DNA from: an uncultured Solirubrobacteraceae bacterium | Lineage (GTDB): Bacteria; Actinomycetota; Thermoleophilia; Solirubrobacterales; Solirubrobacteraceae | Length of the DNA stretch: 64,000 bases | Direction: 5' to 3' | NCBI GenBank assembly: GCA_963787115.1 | Contig: CAWBBS010000011.1 | Location: 154,123-218,122, forward strand | Shown here: positions 48,605 to 60,823 of the stretch, in pieces | Numbering within the stretch: the first letter of the stretch is position 1 | Layout of the letters: each line of letters starts with the position of its first letter | The notes under the pieces: generated by a model | Databases searched by the model: none | What the model saw: the letters and a program-made list of their open reading frames with translations, nothing else | What the model was told of the DNA's origin: nothing | Translations under genes and position numbers: made by a program

Positions 48605-49186
48605 TCACGGGTCTTTTGCGGTGAAGCCCCCGGCCATGGTGTCTTTTCCTGACACTTCCAGTTTTTCTTTGAGCACGTTTTCCAGGGTGCTGCTCGGCCC
48701 CCCGAAGAGGAGTTTCGTTTTTTCGACCGTCGGCGAGAGCGACCCTTCGAATTCCTGCGGGACCGCGCCCGCGAGGCAGCCGACGATCAGCCTGACCTTC
48801 AGGATTTCGTCGACGATCGGGGTACCCGCCTGCAGGAATGACGGCCACGTCAGGCCGTTCGCGAGCACCGTGGGCGTCGACCCTTTTTTGGGACAGGCCG
48901 CAGTGGCTTTCGTCACTTTGCATTTGCTCGTCGTGAACCCGAGCATCAGGTCCATGCCCGCGCCTCCGCCGACGGGGTTCCAGACTTCCTCGCTGTCGGC
49001 GACGGTGCATTTCACGACCTCCGACGGCGAGCTGAACGTGAGCGACCCCGCCGTCGAGACCGTGGCGGGCGAGGTCAGCAGCACTTTGCCCTGATACCAA
49101 TGCGGCAACGCCTGTGCGGCGGCCGGGATGACCAGCGCCGAGACGACGAGCAGCGGGGCCAGCCCCGCCAAGAACTTCTTTCTCAT
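48605..49186 (-). CDS. Secreted hypothetical protein
   Basis: Signal peptide MRKKFLAGLAPLLVVSALVIPAAAQA; Cys pairs; GGAAGAGG RBS. Confidence 0.75.
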   Translation of the reverse strand: MRKKFLAGLAPLLVVSALVIPAAAQALPHWYQGKVLLTSPATVSTAGSLTFSSPSEVVKCTVADSEEVWNPVGGGAGMDLMLGFTTSKCKVTKATAACPKKGSTPTVLANGLTWPSFLQAGTPIVDEILKVRLIVGCLAGAVPQEFEGSLSPTVEKTKLLFGGPSSTLENVLKEKLEVSGKDTMAGGFTAKDP

Positions 49187-49366
49187 GGTTCCCTCTTCCT
49201 CCATTGAGTGGAGGGCCGCAGACTTCTCAGTGCACGCCGGACGGCCCCCCGAGCCCGCCGTGCCCGTCGCACTGCGAGCAAGCTATCCGGGGCGGCCCCC
49301 GCACGTCAACGTCTTGTGAAGCAACGACCGAGGCGCCGCGGCACCCACCGGGCGCGGGGACAGGCT

Positions 49367-50143
49367 TCAGTGCGGGCCGACGTCGACGACCACAGGGGCG
49401 TGGTCGGAGGGCTTGGTGCCCTTGCGGGCGTCGCGGTCTATGTACGCGTCGCTCACGGCGCCGGCCAGCGAAGCGCTGGCGAGCACGAGGTCGATGCGCA
49501 TGCCCATGCCTTTGTGGAACATGCCGGCGCGATAGTCCCAGTAGGTGAACGGCTCCCCCTTCAGCGCGCGGGGATGCACGTCGGTGAGTCCGAGCTCGAT
49601 GAGGTCATCGATGGCCTTGCGCTCGGGTGCGCTCACGTGGGTGGAGCCGGCGAAGGCAGCCGGGTCCCACACGTCCTCGTCGGTCGGCGCGACGTTGAAG
49701 TCGCCGCACAGCGCGAGATCACGTCCGTCGGCGAGTTCGCCGCGGGCCACCTCCCGCAGCGCCGCGAGCCACTGCAGCTTGTAGGCCAGATGCGGGCTGT
49801 CGAGCTCGCGGCCGTTCGGCACATACAGCGAGAACACGCGCACGCCGTCACAGGTGGCGGCGATCGCTCGCCGCTCGGGGTCGGGGAACCCCGGCTCGCC
49901 GGTGAAGCCCAGGGCGACCTCCTCGAGTCCCACGCGGGAGAGGATCGCGACCCCGTTGTAGCCGCCGTCCCCGGAGAAGGCCGACTCATAGCCGAGGGCG
50001 GTGAGCTCCTCGTGCGGGAAGGCGGCGTCGGTCACCTTCGTCTCCTGCAGGCACAGCACGTCCGGTGCGGTGCTGCCGAGCCATTCCACGACGCGGGGCA
50101 TGCGCGCCGGCAGCGAGTTGACGTTCCAGGTGGCCAGGCGCAT
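49367..50143 (-). CDS. xth: Exodeoxyribonuclease III
   Basis: ATWNVNS, CLQETK, YVPNG, GDFNVAP, RIDLVL, SDHAPV. Confidence 0.95.
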   Translation of the reverse strand: MRLATWNVNSLPARMPRVVEWLGSTAPDVLCLQETKVTDAAFPHEELTALGYESAFSGDGGYNGVAILSRVGLEEVALGFTGEPGFPDPERRAIAATCDGVRVFSLYVPNGRELDSPHLAYKLQWLAALREVARGELADGRDLALCGDFNVAPTDEDVWDPAAFAGSTHVSAPERKAIDDLIELGLTDVHPRALKGEPFTYWDYRAGMFHKGMGMRIDLVLASASLAGAVSDAYIDRDARKGTKPSDHAPVVVDVGPH

Positions 50144-50327
50144 CCCGGCCCTCAGGACGCCGTCGCGGCGACGCCCACGGCCGGCCGGGCGAAGGGCGCC
50201 GGCAGCGGCGCCCTAGGCGGAGCACCTGGGAGGCAGGGGATACCGGGAAGGTTGCTCACGCCTTTCCCTCGCGCTGTGCCATGCGGAGGATCTTAGAGCG
50301 CGCATCCGGCCGCACCCGCCTGCGCCC

Positions 50328-51476
50328 CTATTTCAGGACGAGCGTCTTATGGGTCGCCGGTCCAGTGTTCGGCGTGATCTGGAGGGTGACGATCAGGTGG
50401 CGGTGGTGCTTCTTGATCAGCGACCTCCCGCGCGCGGTCAGGCGCAGCTTGATCGTCGCCTTGCCGTGGGCCGCAATCGAGTAGCTGCCGGAGGCCACGA
50501 TCGCCGACCCCGCCGCTCCCGCGTGTACCGCCGAGGCCTGTGCGCCGCTGGCGGCGAGCTGGGCTGTCCCCGTGCAAACCGTCTGGGCGGGGCACGTCAT
50601 CTTCAGGGGCACGCTCGAGCCGGACTGCTGAGCGCTGGCCTGGGGAATCTGGGGCAGTGCAGCGCTCGGCTGTGCGCTGCTCGGGGCGAATGTGCTGTCG
50701 CCGAGGTAGCTGCCGGTGATGGGCGGCTGAGCCCCGATCGGTATGCCTTCCGCGGGCGGCCAGTAACTGACCGAGCAGAAGGCGGAGTTGCCGCCGAGTT
50801 CGGAGGGTTTCAGGCTGCAGGTGTCAAAGCCGCGGAAGCCGCCGCCTCCACCGGGGTTGACGGTGAAGGAGACGATCCCGGAGGGCTTGGGCAGCGGTTC
50901 GGTCAGGCTCGCGTTCGAGACTTCGGCGGTGCATTCGAAGTACGCGAGCGGGGTATCAGGCTGGTACTGGTCGCAGCGGAGGGTCGTAGAGGTTGCGAGC
51001 TTGGCCTTCTTCTTCTTGGCCTTGGCTTCTTCCTTGGCCTTCTTTTCTTCTTCTTCCTGCTTGTTGCTGGGCTGGATCGTCGGGCTGCCCGCCGTACGCG
51101 TCGCTGTCCAGGTCCCGCTCTGGTTCGCGTTGCTCTTCCACGTTCCCGACATGGTGCTTCCGTCGGCTGAGAGCCTGCCGGTGAACGTGGCGCTGTAGCC
51201 CGGGTCGGTGATGTACGGGCCGGTCACGATCGTCACGGACGTCCCGCTCACCGAGCCGCTGATCGGAGAGAACTCACTGGAGCCGTCGTAGCCGCCTCCG
51301 GACAGCCTGCTCCCCGACGATTTGATGACCCATGTCTGCAGTCCGGCGCCGCCCGCCCCGCAGCAGCTCCAGGTCCCCGCCGCCGTCGGCGTACCTGCTG
51401 CGCTCGCGGACCCCGAACTCAGCATCAGCCCCAACACCAGTGCACAGCAGGCGAGCAGCGCTCCAGGACGCTTCAT
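50328..51476 (-). CDS. Secreted hypothetical protein with charged linker and Ig-like domains
   Basis: Signal peptide MKRPGALLACCALVLGLMLSS..ASA; KQEEEEKKAKEEAKAKKKKAK linker; C-terminal LKMTC..VCTG..IKLRLTARGRSL module. Confidence 0.75.
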   Translation of the reverse strand: MKRPGALLACCALVLGLMLSSGSASAAGTPTAAGTWSCCGAGGAGLQTWVIKSSGSRLSGGGYDGSSEFSPISGSVSGTSVTIVTGPYITDPGYSATFTGRLSADGSTMSGTWKSNANQSGTWTATRTAGSPTIQPSNKQEEEEKKAKEEAKAKKKKAKLATSTTLRCDQYQPDTPLAYFECTAEVSNASLTEPLPKPSGIVSFTVNPGGGGGFRGFDTCSLKPSELGGNSAFCSVSYWPPAEGIPIGAQPPITGSYLGDSTFAPSSAQPSAALPQIPQASAQQSGSSVPLKMTCPAQTVCTGTAQLAASGAQASAVHAGAAGSAIVASGSYSIAAHGKATIKLRLTARGRSLIKKHHRHLIVTLQITPNTGPATHKTLVLK

Positions 51477-51587
51477 GTGATCCCCCCGTCGGACGGTTCT
51501 GGCCGTTATCGCGCGCACCTTATGGCAAGCGCGGACCCTCGTCAACGGCGCCGGGCGGCGGGTTCAGTGCATTTCCGAAGCGCCCGC

Positions 51588-52085
51588 TCAGGCTGCGAAC
51601 TCGCGCAGGTAGCCCTCGAACGTGCGCAGGTGGCTCTGCTCGTCGGCGAGGATCGTCGTCACCATGTCCTGGGTCACCGGGTCCACGCCGTCGGTCGCCT
51701 CGATGATGTGGTTGTAGTGCTCGATGGCGCCGCGCTCGGCGTCGATGACGCCGCGGATCACGTGCTCGAGGTCGAGCGAGTCGGCGGGGGGCTGAAGCGC
51801 CGTCTGGCTGGCGCTGAACGCGAGCGAGCCCGGCACCGTTCCGTACAGCTCCTTGATGCGGCGAGCGAAGCCCTGGGCGTGGCCGAGCTCCTCCTGCACG
51901 TCGACGGCGAGCGACTGGACGATCTCCTGTGCACGGGACCCATCCGGGTTGATGGAGTTGGCGATGTAGCTCATCACCGTCTCAATCTCCATCCAGTAGG
52001 CGCGGGTGAGCATGTCGACGATCTCGTTGCGCTTCTCGGACTGGGCGGAGGAAAGGATGTCTTTGGACGAGGCGGAAACTGGCAT
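51588..52085 (-). CDS. Ferritin-like domain protein
   Basis: YWMEIET, DVQEELGH, AERGAI, ADEQSH di-iron ligand pattern. Confidence 0.88.
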   Translation of the reverse strand: MPVSASSKDILSSAQSEKRNEIVDMLTRAYWMEIETVMSYIANSINPDGSRAQEIVQSLAVDVQEELGHAQGFARRIKELYGTVPGSLAFSASQTALQPPADSLDLEHVIRGVIDAERGAIEHYNHIIEATDGVDPVTQDMVTTILADEQSHLRTFEGYLREFAA

Positions 52086-52297
52086 GGCTGGCGTGCTCCT
52101 CGCTGTGCGGGACCCGCAGCGGCCGGCGGGTCCGGTTGTGGGTTTTGCGAGCCCGGCCGGCGCTCTGGGGTACCGGCCTGTCGCTGCGCCCATGATCACA
52201 CACGCCGCTTGCCCGATCTCCTCGGGATTGCCGAATCCGTTGCGCGGCTGGCAGCGGATTCACGCACGCCTCACGCCGGGGTTATGTTGAGCGCAGG

Positions 52298-53054
52298 ATG
52301 TTCAGGGATCGACGGCACGGCGGTCGTGAGCTTGCGAAGCTGCTCGAGCCGCTGGGACTGAGGGAGCCTGTGATCCTGGCGCTGCCGCGAGGCGGCGTTC
52401 CCGTCGCCGTCGAGATCGCGGGGGCGCTCGGAGCCCGGATGGACATCCTGGCGGTCCGCAAGCTGGGGGCGCCGCAGAACCCGGAGTTCGCGGTCGGCGC
52501 CGTCGCCGAAGGCGGTGCGGCCGTGCTCGAGAGGGACATCTGCGAGCGGCTGCGGCTCACGCAGGAGCAGATCGACGCCGTCGTGCACCGCGAGGTCCGA
52601 GAGCTCGACCGCAGGGTGGAGCTCTACCGGGACGACTGGGAGCCGGCCGACGTGCGCGGGCGGACCGTGGTGATCGTCGACGACGGCCTGGCGACGGGCC
52701 TGTCGGATCTCGCGGCCGTGCGTGCCGTGCGCGGCCGCGGCGCGGCGCGGGTGATCGTGGTGGCGCCCGTGGGTTCGCGCCAGGCCGTGGCGATGCTCGG
52801 CGAGGAAGCAGATGAGGTCGTGTGCGCGGACATCCCGCGTGATTTCGGGGGCGTCGGGCTGTGGTATGAGGACTTCGCCCCCGTCTCGGACGAGGAGGTC
52901 CTGGCGCTGATGACCGGTGCCGGGATCCGGTGCCCGCACCTGCCCCGTCCCTCGCGAGCTGCTGCTCGATCTCGGGGTCCTCAGCCTGCGCGGGGACCTC
53001 GCGGTTCCAAGCGGCGCACGAGGCCTTGTGATCTTCGCCCACGGCAGCGGCTCA
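52298..53054 (+). pseudogene. Phosphoribosyltransferase-hydrolase fusion, frameshifted (~52930) and cut at the chimeric junction
   Basis: LPRGGVPVA, VRKLGAP.NPE, VIVDDGLATG. In the next frame it reads LRGDLAVPSGARGLVIFAHGSGS, then similarity stops abruptly. Confidence 0.85.
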
Positions 53055-53077
53055 GGCGGGGCCCGGTGCATCGGTGC

Positions 53078-53161
53078 GCGGGCGTGGTGAAATGGTAGAC
53101 ACGTCAGATTTAGGTTCTGGTGGCGAAAGCCGTGGGGGTTCAAGTCCCTTCGCCCGCACCA
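53078..53161 (+). tRNA. tRNA-Leu(TAG)
   Basis: GCGGGCG/CGCCCGC acceptor, loop TT-TAG-GT, variable arm, GGTTCAAGTCC, encoded CCA; directly upstream of tig. Confidence 0.95.
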
Positions 53162-53229
53162 AGCCGCGTATCACCAGGTTTCGCGCCGCGGTTTGGTTTG
53201 AACAGGATTTTTGGCAGGATTGGCTGAAA

Positions 53230-54587
53230 ATGCAGGTTACCGAGACGCTCTCCGACGGTCTGAAGCGCGGCTACACGTGTCGTTCTGCCCGTCGCTGACC
53301 TGGAATTGCGCCGCACCGAGCGTCTGACCACCCTGGGGAAGACCCTGCGTATCCCCGGCTTCCGTCCGGGCAAGGTGCCCATGCCGATCGTCAGGCAGCG
53401 CTATGGCACCGCGGTGTCGGCCGAGATCCTGGAGGAGTCCGTTAACCAGGCGACGCAGAAGGTGCTCAGCCGAACGTGGACTGCGCCCGGCGCAGCAGCC
53501 CAAGGTCGACATGGTGACGGAAAACCCCACGGCGCTGACCGGCGACCTCGAATTCAAGCTCGAGCTGGAACTGATGCCGGACATCGTCCTGCCGGATTTC
53601 AGCCCATCGAGCTGACCCGCGTCAAGGCCGAGGTCGCCGCCCGAGGCAATCGACAAGGCGCTGGAACAGATCGCCAGGTCGCACCGCACGCTCGAGCCGA
53701 TCGCGGCGGAAACGATCGAGCGCGCGGCTACGGCGCGGCGGCCGGCGAGGCCTCACCATCGATTACGTGGGCAAGATCGACGGCGTCCCATTCGAGGGCG
53801 GCACCGCCAACGACACGCCGGTCGAGATCGGCGGGACGGGGTTCATCCCGGGGTTCGCCGAACAGCTTGAGGGCGCCCGGCCGGGCGAGACCCGGACGAT
53901 CAACGTCACCTTCCCCGAAAACTATGGCAAGGCTGACCTGGCCGGCAAAGCCGGCGACGTTCGAGATCACGGTCAAACAGGTCAGCACCCAGATCATCCC
54001 CGCCATCGACGACGAACTGGCCAAGAGGTCGGCGCCGACGACATCGCGGCGGTGCGCAAGATCGTCGTCTCCCGCCAGCAGCAGGAATTCGACGCAGTCA
54101 CGCCGCATGCGGCTGAAGAAGGATCTGCTCGACGCGTTGACCGGGCTGGCCGACTTTCCCGGTGCCGGCGTCCATCGCCGATCAGGAATTCGATCAGATC
54201 TGGCAGCAGTTCGAGCAGCCCGCAAGGCCGGCACGCAGGACGAAGAGGACAAGGGCAAGGACGAGGACACCCTGAGGGCCGGACTACAGCGGGATCGCCG
54301 ACGGCGCGTCCGGCTCGGGCTGTTGCTGGCGGAAATCGGCCGGGTCAACAACATCAGCGTCTCCGAGCAGGAGTTGGACCGCGCGCTGTATCAGCGGGCG
54401 ATGCAGTATCAGGGGCAGGAGCAGCAGATGTATGAGTTCTTCCGGAAATACCCGCAGGCTGACCAACAGCGTGCGCGGCCCGCTGCTCGAGGACAAAGTC
54501 GTGGACTTTGTGCTTGAACTGGCCAAGGTTACCGATACCATCGTCACGCCGGAGGAACTGCTGAAGGAACCGGCGCGGCCGCGCTGA
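53230..54587 (+). CDS. tig: Trigger factor (multiple apparent frameshifts)
   Basis: MQVTETLSDGLKR, PGFRPGKVP, FEGGTA, FIPGFAEQL, RVRLGLLLAEIG, spread over several frames. Confidence 0.9.
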
Positions 54588-54701
54588 ACACGCCGCCGCC
54601 TGTCTCCGGCTGTTCGGCCGGGTAGCTGGACATCCCCGGGCGCTGCACTTACTTATGAGTGGCTTCCTAGTTCGACCCTTACAACCTTTAGGTGATCACA
54701 C

Positions 54702-55348
54702 ATGCGGGACCGCGACCCTGTCGAGGTATATGGCAACTCCCTGGTGCCGATGGTGGTCGAACAGACCGCCCGCGGCGAACGGGCGTTCGATATCTATTCG
54801 CGCCTGCTCAAGGAGCGCATCATTTTCCTCACCGGGGCGGTCTACGATCAGGTCAGCGCGCTGATCTGCGCCCAGTTGCTGTTCCTGGAGTCGGAAAACC
54901 CGTCAAAGGATATTTCGTTCTATATCAACAGCCCGGGCGGCGTGGTGTCGGCCGGCCTCGCGATCTACGACACGATGCAGTACATCCGCAGCCCGGTCAG
55001 CACGGTATGCATCGGCCAGGCCGCCTCGATGGGCAGCCTGCTGCTGACCGCCGGCGCCAAGGGCAAGCGCTACGCCCTGCCGAACGCCCGCGTCATGGTG
55101 CACCAGCCCTCCGGCGGCGCCCAGGGCCAGGCCACCGACATCGAGATCCAGGCGCGCGAAATCCTGACGCTGCGCAAGCGGCTGAACGAGATCTATGTCC
55201 GGCACACCGGCCAGCCGATCGAGGCGATCGAGCGCAAGCTGGAGCGCGATACCTATATGTCCGCCGAGGAAAGCCGCGATTTCGGCCTGGTGGACGAGGT
55301 CGTGGACCGCCGCCCGGAGACCGAGCGAGCCAATCGTCCAAGGGCTGA
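54702..55348 (+). CDS. clpP: ATP-dependent Clp protease proteolytic subunit (frameshift near 3' end)
   Basis: [46 protein letters not shown]. Confidence 0.95.
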
Positions 55349-55558
55349 CCGCGGCATCCGCGATTTCACCGCCGGGGCGGCCTGTGATGCCGTCCCGGTA
55401 ATTTGCTTTTTCAGTCGAGTTCATTGTGGTTTATACGGCACGGTTCGCCGTATGATTCGCTGTGTTCAAGGGGACTGGCTGACCGCGGTTCTTGTCCCTG
55501 CCGCGTATAGGGAGTTATTATTCCCCATTGTGCCCCTGTGTCCGGGGGAGGAGTGCGC

Positions 55559-56815
55559 ATGAGCAAGTCCGGCAATTCGAAAAATACCCTCTACTGCTCG
55601 TTCTGCGGCAAGTCCCAGCACGAAGTCCGTAAGCTCATCGCCGGCCCGACCGTCTTCATCTGCGACGAGTGCGTCGAGCTTTGCATGGATATCATCCGTG
55701 AGGAGCACAAGACGCACCTGGTGAAGTCGCGCGACGGCGTGCCGACCCCGAGGGAGATCTGCAAGGTGCTGGACGACTACGTCATCGGCCAGGACCACGC
55801 CAAGCGGGTCCTGTCGGTCGCGGTGCACAACCACTACAAGCGCCTGGCGCACGGCCAGAAAAACAACGACGTCGAGATCGCGAAATCCAACATCCTGCTG
55901 GTCGGCCCGACCGGCTCGGGCAAGACCCTGCTGGCCCAGACCCTGGCGCGCATCCTGGACGTGCCGTTCACCATGGCCGACGCCACCACGCTGACCGAAG
56001 CCGGCTACGTGGGCGAGGATGTCGAAAACATCATCCTCAAGCTGCTGCAGTCGGCCGACTACAACGTCGAGCGGGCGCAGCGCGGCATCGTCTACATCGA
56101 CGAGGTCGATAAGATTTCACCGCAAGTCGGACAACCCGTCGATCACCCGCGACGTGTCGCGGCGAAGGCGTGCAGCAGGCGCTGCTGAAGATCATGGAAG
56201 GCACGGTTGCCTCGGTGCCGCCGCAGGGCGGGCGCAAGCATCCGCAGCAGGAATTCCTGCAGGTCGACACCACCAACATCCTGTTCATCTGCGGCGGCGC
56301 GTTTCCGGGCCTGGAGCGCATCATCGGCGCCCGCGGCAAGGGATCGGGAATCGGCTACGGCGCCGAGGTGCGCTCGCCCGGACGAACGCCGGATGGGCGC
56401 GATCCTGCGCGAGGTCGAGCCGGAGGATCTGCTGAAGTTCGGCCTGATCCCCGAGTTCATCGGCCGTCTGCCGGTGGTGGCGACGTTGGAAGACCTCGAC
56501 GAAGGCGCGCTGATGGAGATCCTCACCAAGCCGAAGAACGCGCTGGTCAAGCAGTACGGCCGGCTGTTCGAGATGGAGGGCGTCAAGCTGTCCTTCACCG
56601 ACGACGCGCTGAAGTCGGTCGCGACCCGGGCGATCGCCCGCAAGACCGGCGCGCGCGGCCTGCGGTCGATCATGGAACAGATCTCTGCTGTCCACCATGT
56701 TCGAACTGCCGGGCCTGGACGGGGTCGAGGAGGTCGTTATCAACCGGGAGGTCGCGGAATCCGCGCCAATCCGCTGTATCTGTACGGCAAGGAGCGGGCG
56801 GAAAACACCGCCTGA
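55559..56815 (+). CDS. clpX: Clp protease ATP-binding subunit (several apparent frameshifts)
   Basis: CSFCGK zinc finger, [34 protein letters not shown]. Confidence 0.93.
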
Positions 56816-56994
56816 TTAGTGCGCGCGACCCGGAGTCCGGCTCGCGGTGGCGTGATCGTGGATTTCAAGGGCTTGCGGCGAACCGTTCGGCTGCCATATC
56901 TGGCGTCGAACGGGTCTTGACAGACCCGAGTGAAAGCGTTTTCCGTGCCGCTGCTCGGGCGGAAGGCGCTGACTGTCCTTTAGGAGGTCAATAC

Positions 56995-59447
56995 ATGACG
57001 GAACAGAGATCGGCCCGCTCCCGAGCGGCCTGCCGGCAAAGCCAGTCCGCGCCACCGCAGCGACGTGATGGCGGTGCTGCCGCTGCGCGATATCGTGGTG
57101 TTCCCGCACATGATCGTCCCGCTGTTCGTCGGCCGCGAAAAATCGGTTCGCGCGCTCGAAGCGGTGATGAAGGAGGACAAGCAGATCCTGCTGGTCGCCC
57201 AGAAAAATGCCTCCCAGGACGACCCGTCGGTCGAGGACATCTATCCGGATCGGCACCGTCTCCACGATCCTGCAGCTTCTGAAGCTGCCGGACGGCACCG
57301 TAAAGGTGCTGGTCGAAGGCGGCCGCCGCGCGAAGATCACCGGCTTCAAGGAAACCGAAGCCTATTTCGAGGCGCAGACCGAAGCGATGCCCGACGTCAG
57401 TCGGCGAGAAGAAGGACCTCGAGGCGCTCGGCCGCACCGTCGTCTCGCAGTTCGAGCAGTACATCAAGCTGAACAAGAAGATCGCGCCCGAGGTGCTGGT
57501 TTCGCTGAACCAGATCGAGGAGCCGTCGAAGCTGGCCGACACGGTCGCCAGCCATCTGAACCTGAAGATCCCCGAAAAGCAGGACCTGCTGGAGATCGCC
57601 AAGATCAGCGAGCGGCTGGAACGCGTGTTCGGCCACATGGAGTCGGAAATCGGCGTCCTGCAGGTGGAAAAGCGCATCCGCAACCGCGTCAAGCGGCAGA
57701 TGGAGAAGACCCAGCGCGAGTACTACCTGAACGAGCAGCTCAAGGCGATCCAGAAGGAACTGGGCGAGGGCGAGGACGGCAAGGACGAGAACGCCGAACT
57801 CGAAGCCAAAATCAAGAAGACCCGATTCACCAAGGAAGCCCGCGAGAAGGCCGATGGCGGAGCTGAAGAAGCTGCGCACCATGAGCCCCATGAGCGCGGA
57901 AGCCACGGTGGTGCGCAACTACCTCGACTGGATGCTGTCGATTCCCTGGAAGAAGCGCAGCAAGATCAACAACGACGTCGTCGCGGCCGAGAAGGTGCTC
58001 GAACCGATCACTACGGCCTGGAGAAGGTCAAGGAACGCATCATCGAGTACCTGGCCGTTCAGGCGCGCAGCCCGAAGGTGCGCGGGCCGATCCTGTGCCT
58101 GGTCGGCCCGCCGGGTGTCGGCAAGACCTCGCTGGGCAAGTCGATCGCCAAGGCGACGGGGCGCAATTTCGTCCGCATGTCGCTGGGCGGCGTGCGGGAC
58201 GAGGCCGAGGTGCGTGGCCACCGGCGGACCTATATCGGCTCGATGCCCGGCAAGGTCATCCAGGGCATGAAGAAGGCCAAGACCTCCAACCCGCTGTTCC
58301 TGCTGGACGAAGTGGACAAGCTGGGGCCGACTGGCGCGGCGATCCGTCGTCCGCGCTGCTGGAGGTGCTGGACCCCGAGCAGAACTCGACGTTCGCCGAC
58401 CACTACCTGGAGGTCGACTACGACCTGTCCGACGTGATGTTCGTCACCACGGCCAACAGCCTGCGCATGCCGCAGCCGCTGCTGGACCGCATGGAGATCA
58501 TCCGCATCCCCGGCTACACCGAGGATGAGAAGGTCGAGATCGCCAAGCGCCACCTGATCAACAAGCAGGGCGAGGCGCACGGCCTGAAGAAGGAAGAGTG
58601 GAGCATCAGCGAAGATGCCCTGCGCGACCTGATCCGGTACTACTCGCGCGAGGCCGGCGTTCGCAACCTGGAGCGCGAAATCGCCAACCTGGCCCGCAAA
58701 GTCGGTCAAGGAGATCGTGACCAAAAAGACGCCAAAGGTCGCGATCACCCGCAAGAACCTGGAAAAGTTCGCCGGGGTCAAGAAGTTCCGCTTCGGCGAG
58801 ACGGAAGCCGAGGACATGGTCGGCGTCGTCACCGGTCTGGCCTGGACCGAAGTGGGTGGCGAGATCCTGACCATCGAGTCGGTGCTGTTGCCCGGCAAGG
58901 GCAACGTCAAGCAGACCGGCAAGCTGGGTGACGTGATGCAGGAAAGCGTCTCCGCGGCCCTGAGCTACGTCCGCAGCCGCTCGCTGCAGGTTCGGGATCA
59001 AGCCGACGCTGTTCGAGAAGCGCGACATCCACGTCCACGTCCCGGAAGGGGCGACACCCAAGGACGGTCCCTCGGCTGGCGTCGCCATGGCCACATCCAT
59101 CGTGTCGATCCTGACCGGCATCCCGGTGCGGCGCGATGTGGCGATGACCGGCGAGATCACCCTGCGCGGCCGTATCCTGCCGATCGGCGGCCTGAAGGAA
59201 AAGCTGCTGGCGGCGCTGCGGGCGGGCATCACGACGGTGTTCATCCCGAAGGAGAACGAAAAGGACCTGGCCGAAATCCCGGACAACGTGAAAAAGCACC
59301 TGAAGCTCGATTCCCGTAGCCGATGTGGACGAGGTCATTGCCCAGGCGCTGGCGCGTCGTCCGGTCGCCATCGAGTGGGAGGAACCACCCGAGACACCCG
59401 TGCCGGTGGCAACGCCGCAGCCGGCACAAGCGTCGCTGCCACACTAA
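56995..59447 (+). CDS. lon: Lon protease (several apparent frameshifts)
   Basis: [51 protein letters not shown]; AGGAGG RBS. Confidence 0.93.
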
Positions 59448-59656
59448 TCAATGGCCGTTCGCAAGGAGCGTCGCTCCTTGATGCGGCGTGCGGGGCAGAG
59501 CTCCCGCACTTCCGCCGCGGCAATTTCCCACAGAAATCCGCGCTCGCGTTTCAGCATTGACGGAGCCGAAAACCCGCCATTAGTGTCCGCCCGCTCTTCC
59601 GGGCGCCCCGTCCAGGGATCCCGATTCGTGATTTTCCACATTGAGAGGGAAACGCC

Positions 59657-59927
59657 GTGAATAAAATGGACCTCGTCGCAGCGGTGGCTGACGGAACTGA
59701 CCTCTCGCGTGCCAAGGCGGGTGAAGTTGTCGATGCCGTATTCGGCGCCATCACGGAGCCTGAAAAACAAGGAGGAGGTCCGCCTGGTCGGCTTCGGCAC
59801 GTTCGTCGCCGCCGTTCGCAAAGCCAGTACGGGCCGCAATCCGCGCACCGGTGAAGAGATGGCGATCCCTGAATCGACCACCGTGCGTTTCAAGGCCGGC
59901 AAGGGCCTCAAGGACTCGGTGGGCTGA
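59657..59927 (+). CDS. hupB: DNA-binding protein HU (one frameshift ~59762)
   Basis: MNKMDLVAAVA, then EVRLVGFGTF..RKASTGRNPRTGEEM.IP...FKAGKGLKD. Confidence 0.9.
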
Positions 59928-59981
59928 AAGCCGTCCAAATGGCACCGGCTCGGCCCCGCCGTCACTGCACCTGGCTCTAAA

Positions 59982-60056
59982 GGGCGGTTAGCTCAGCGGT
60001 AGAGCGTCTCGTTTACACCGAGAGGGCCGGCGGTTCGAATCCGTCACCGCCCACCA
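59982..60056 (+). tRNA. tRNA-Val(TAC)
   Basis: GGGCGGT acceptor, loop TT-TAC-AC, GGTTCGAATCC, encoded CCA. Confidence 0.95.
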
Positions 60057-60189
60057 GTCACCCCACCCGGCGACCGCAGCCCCGAAAGCACCAACCTCTT
60101 TCTCATCGCGCCAACTCTTCGCCTCGGGATAGCAATCGAGCGCCCTTGACGCCGGGTAGCGCCCAGCCTAAACGCTCCCCCCTGCCGCT

Positions 60190-60266
<77 letters not shown>

Positions 60267-60454
60267 GCAGCGGATCCGCTTCTCGCACCGTCTTTCACAG
60301 CGGGCCTGTACATATTTGTGTCGAACTCCTCTATGGCGGACGCGGCGGTATGGGTCTAATGATGCTGCATTGCGGGAGGAGGCAGTCGGGCGCCACCGGC
60401 GTTTGGCTCGTCTCGTGCTGCGATAGCGGCCACTCCAGCTAGCGCGGACCTGTC

Positions 60455-60819
60455 ATGCAGCCAGTTCTCTTTGGATACCTGCCGATCCTGGTGTTCCTCA
60501 TCATCGCCGGCGGAATAGCCATCGCCATGGTCGGCGCATCATTGCTTTCGCCCGTCAGAAACCATATCCGGAAAAGCTATCCGCATATGAATGCGGCTTC
60601 GAGGCGTTCGACGATGCACGCAGACGGTTCGACGTCCGATACTACCTGGTCGCGATCCTGTTCATCATCTTCGATCTCGAGATCGCGTTCCTGTTCCCGT
60701 GGGCCGTGGCTTTGAAGGGTATCGGCGCTTTCGGCTTCTGGTCGATGATCGCGTTCCTTGGCGTTCTCACCGTCGGCTTCGTCTACGAGTGGTGCAAAGG
60801 CGCGCTTGAGTGGGAGTAG
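60455..60819 (+). CDS. nuoA: NADH-quinone oxidoreductase subunit A (frameshifted)
   Basis: [10 protein letters not shown], then [37 protein letters not shown], ending KGALEWE. Confidence 0.9.
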
Positions 60820-60823
60820 CAGC

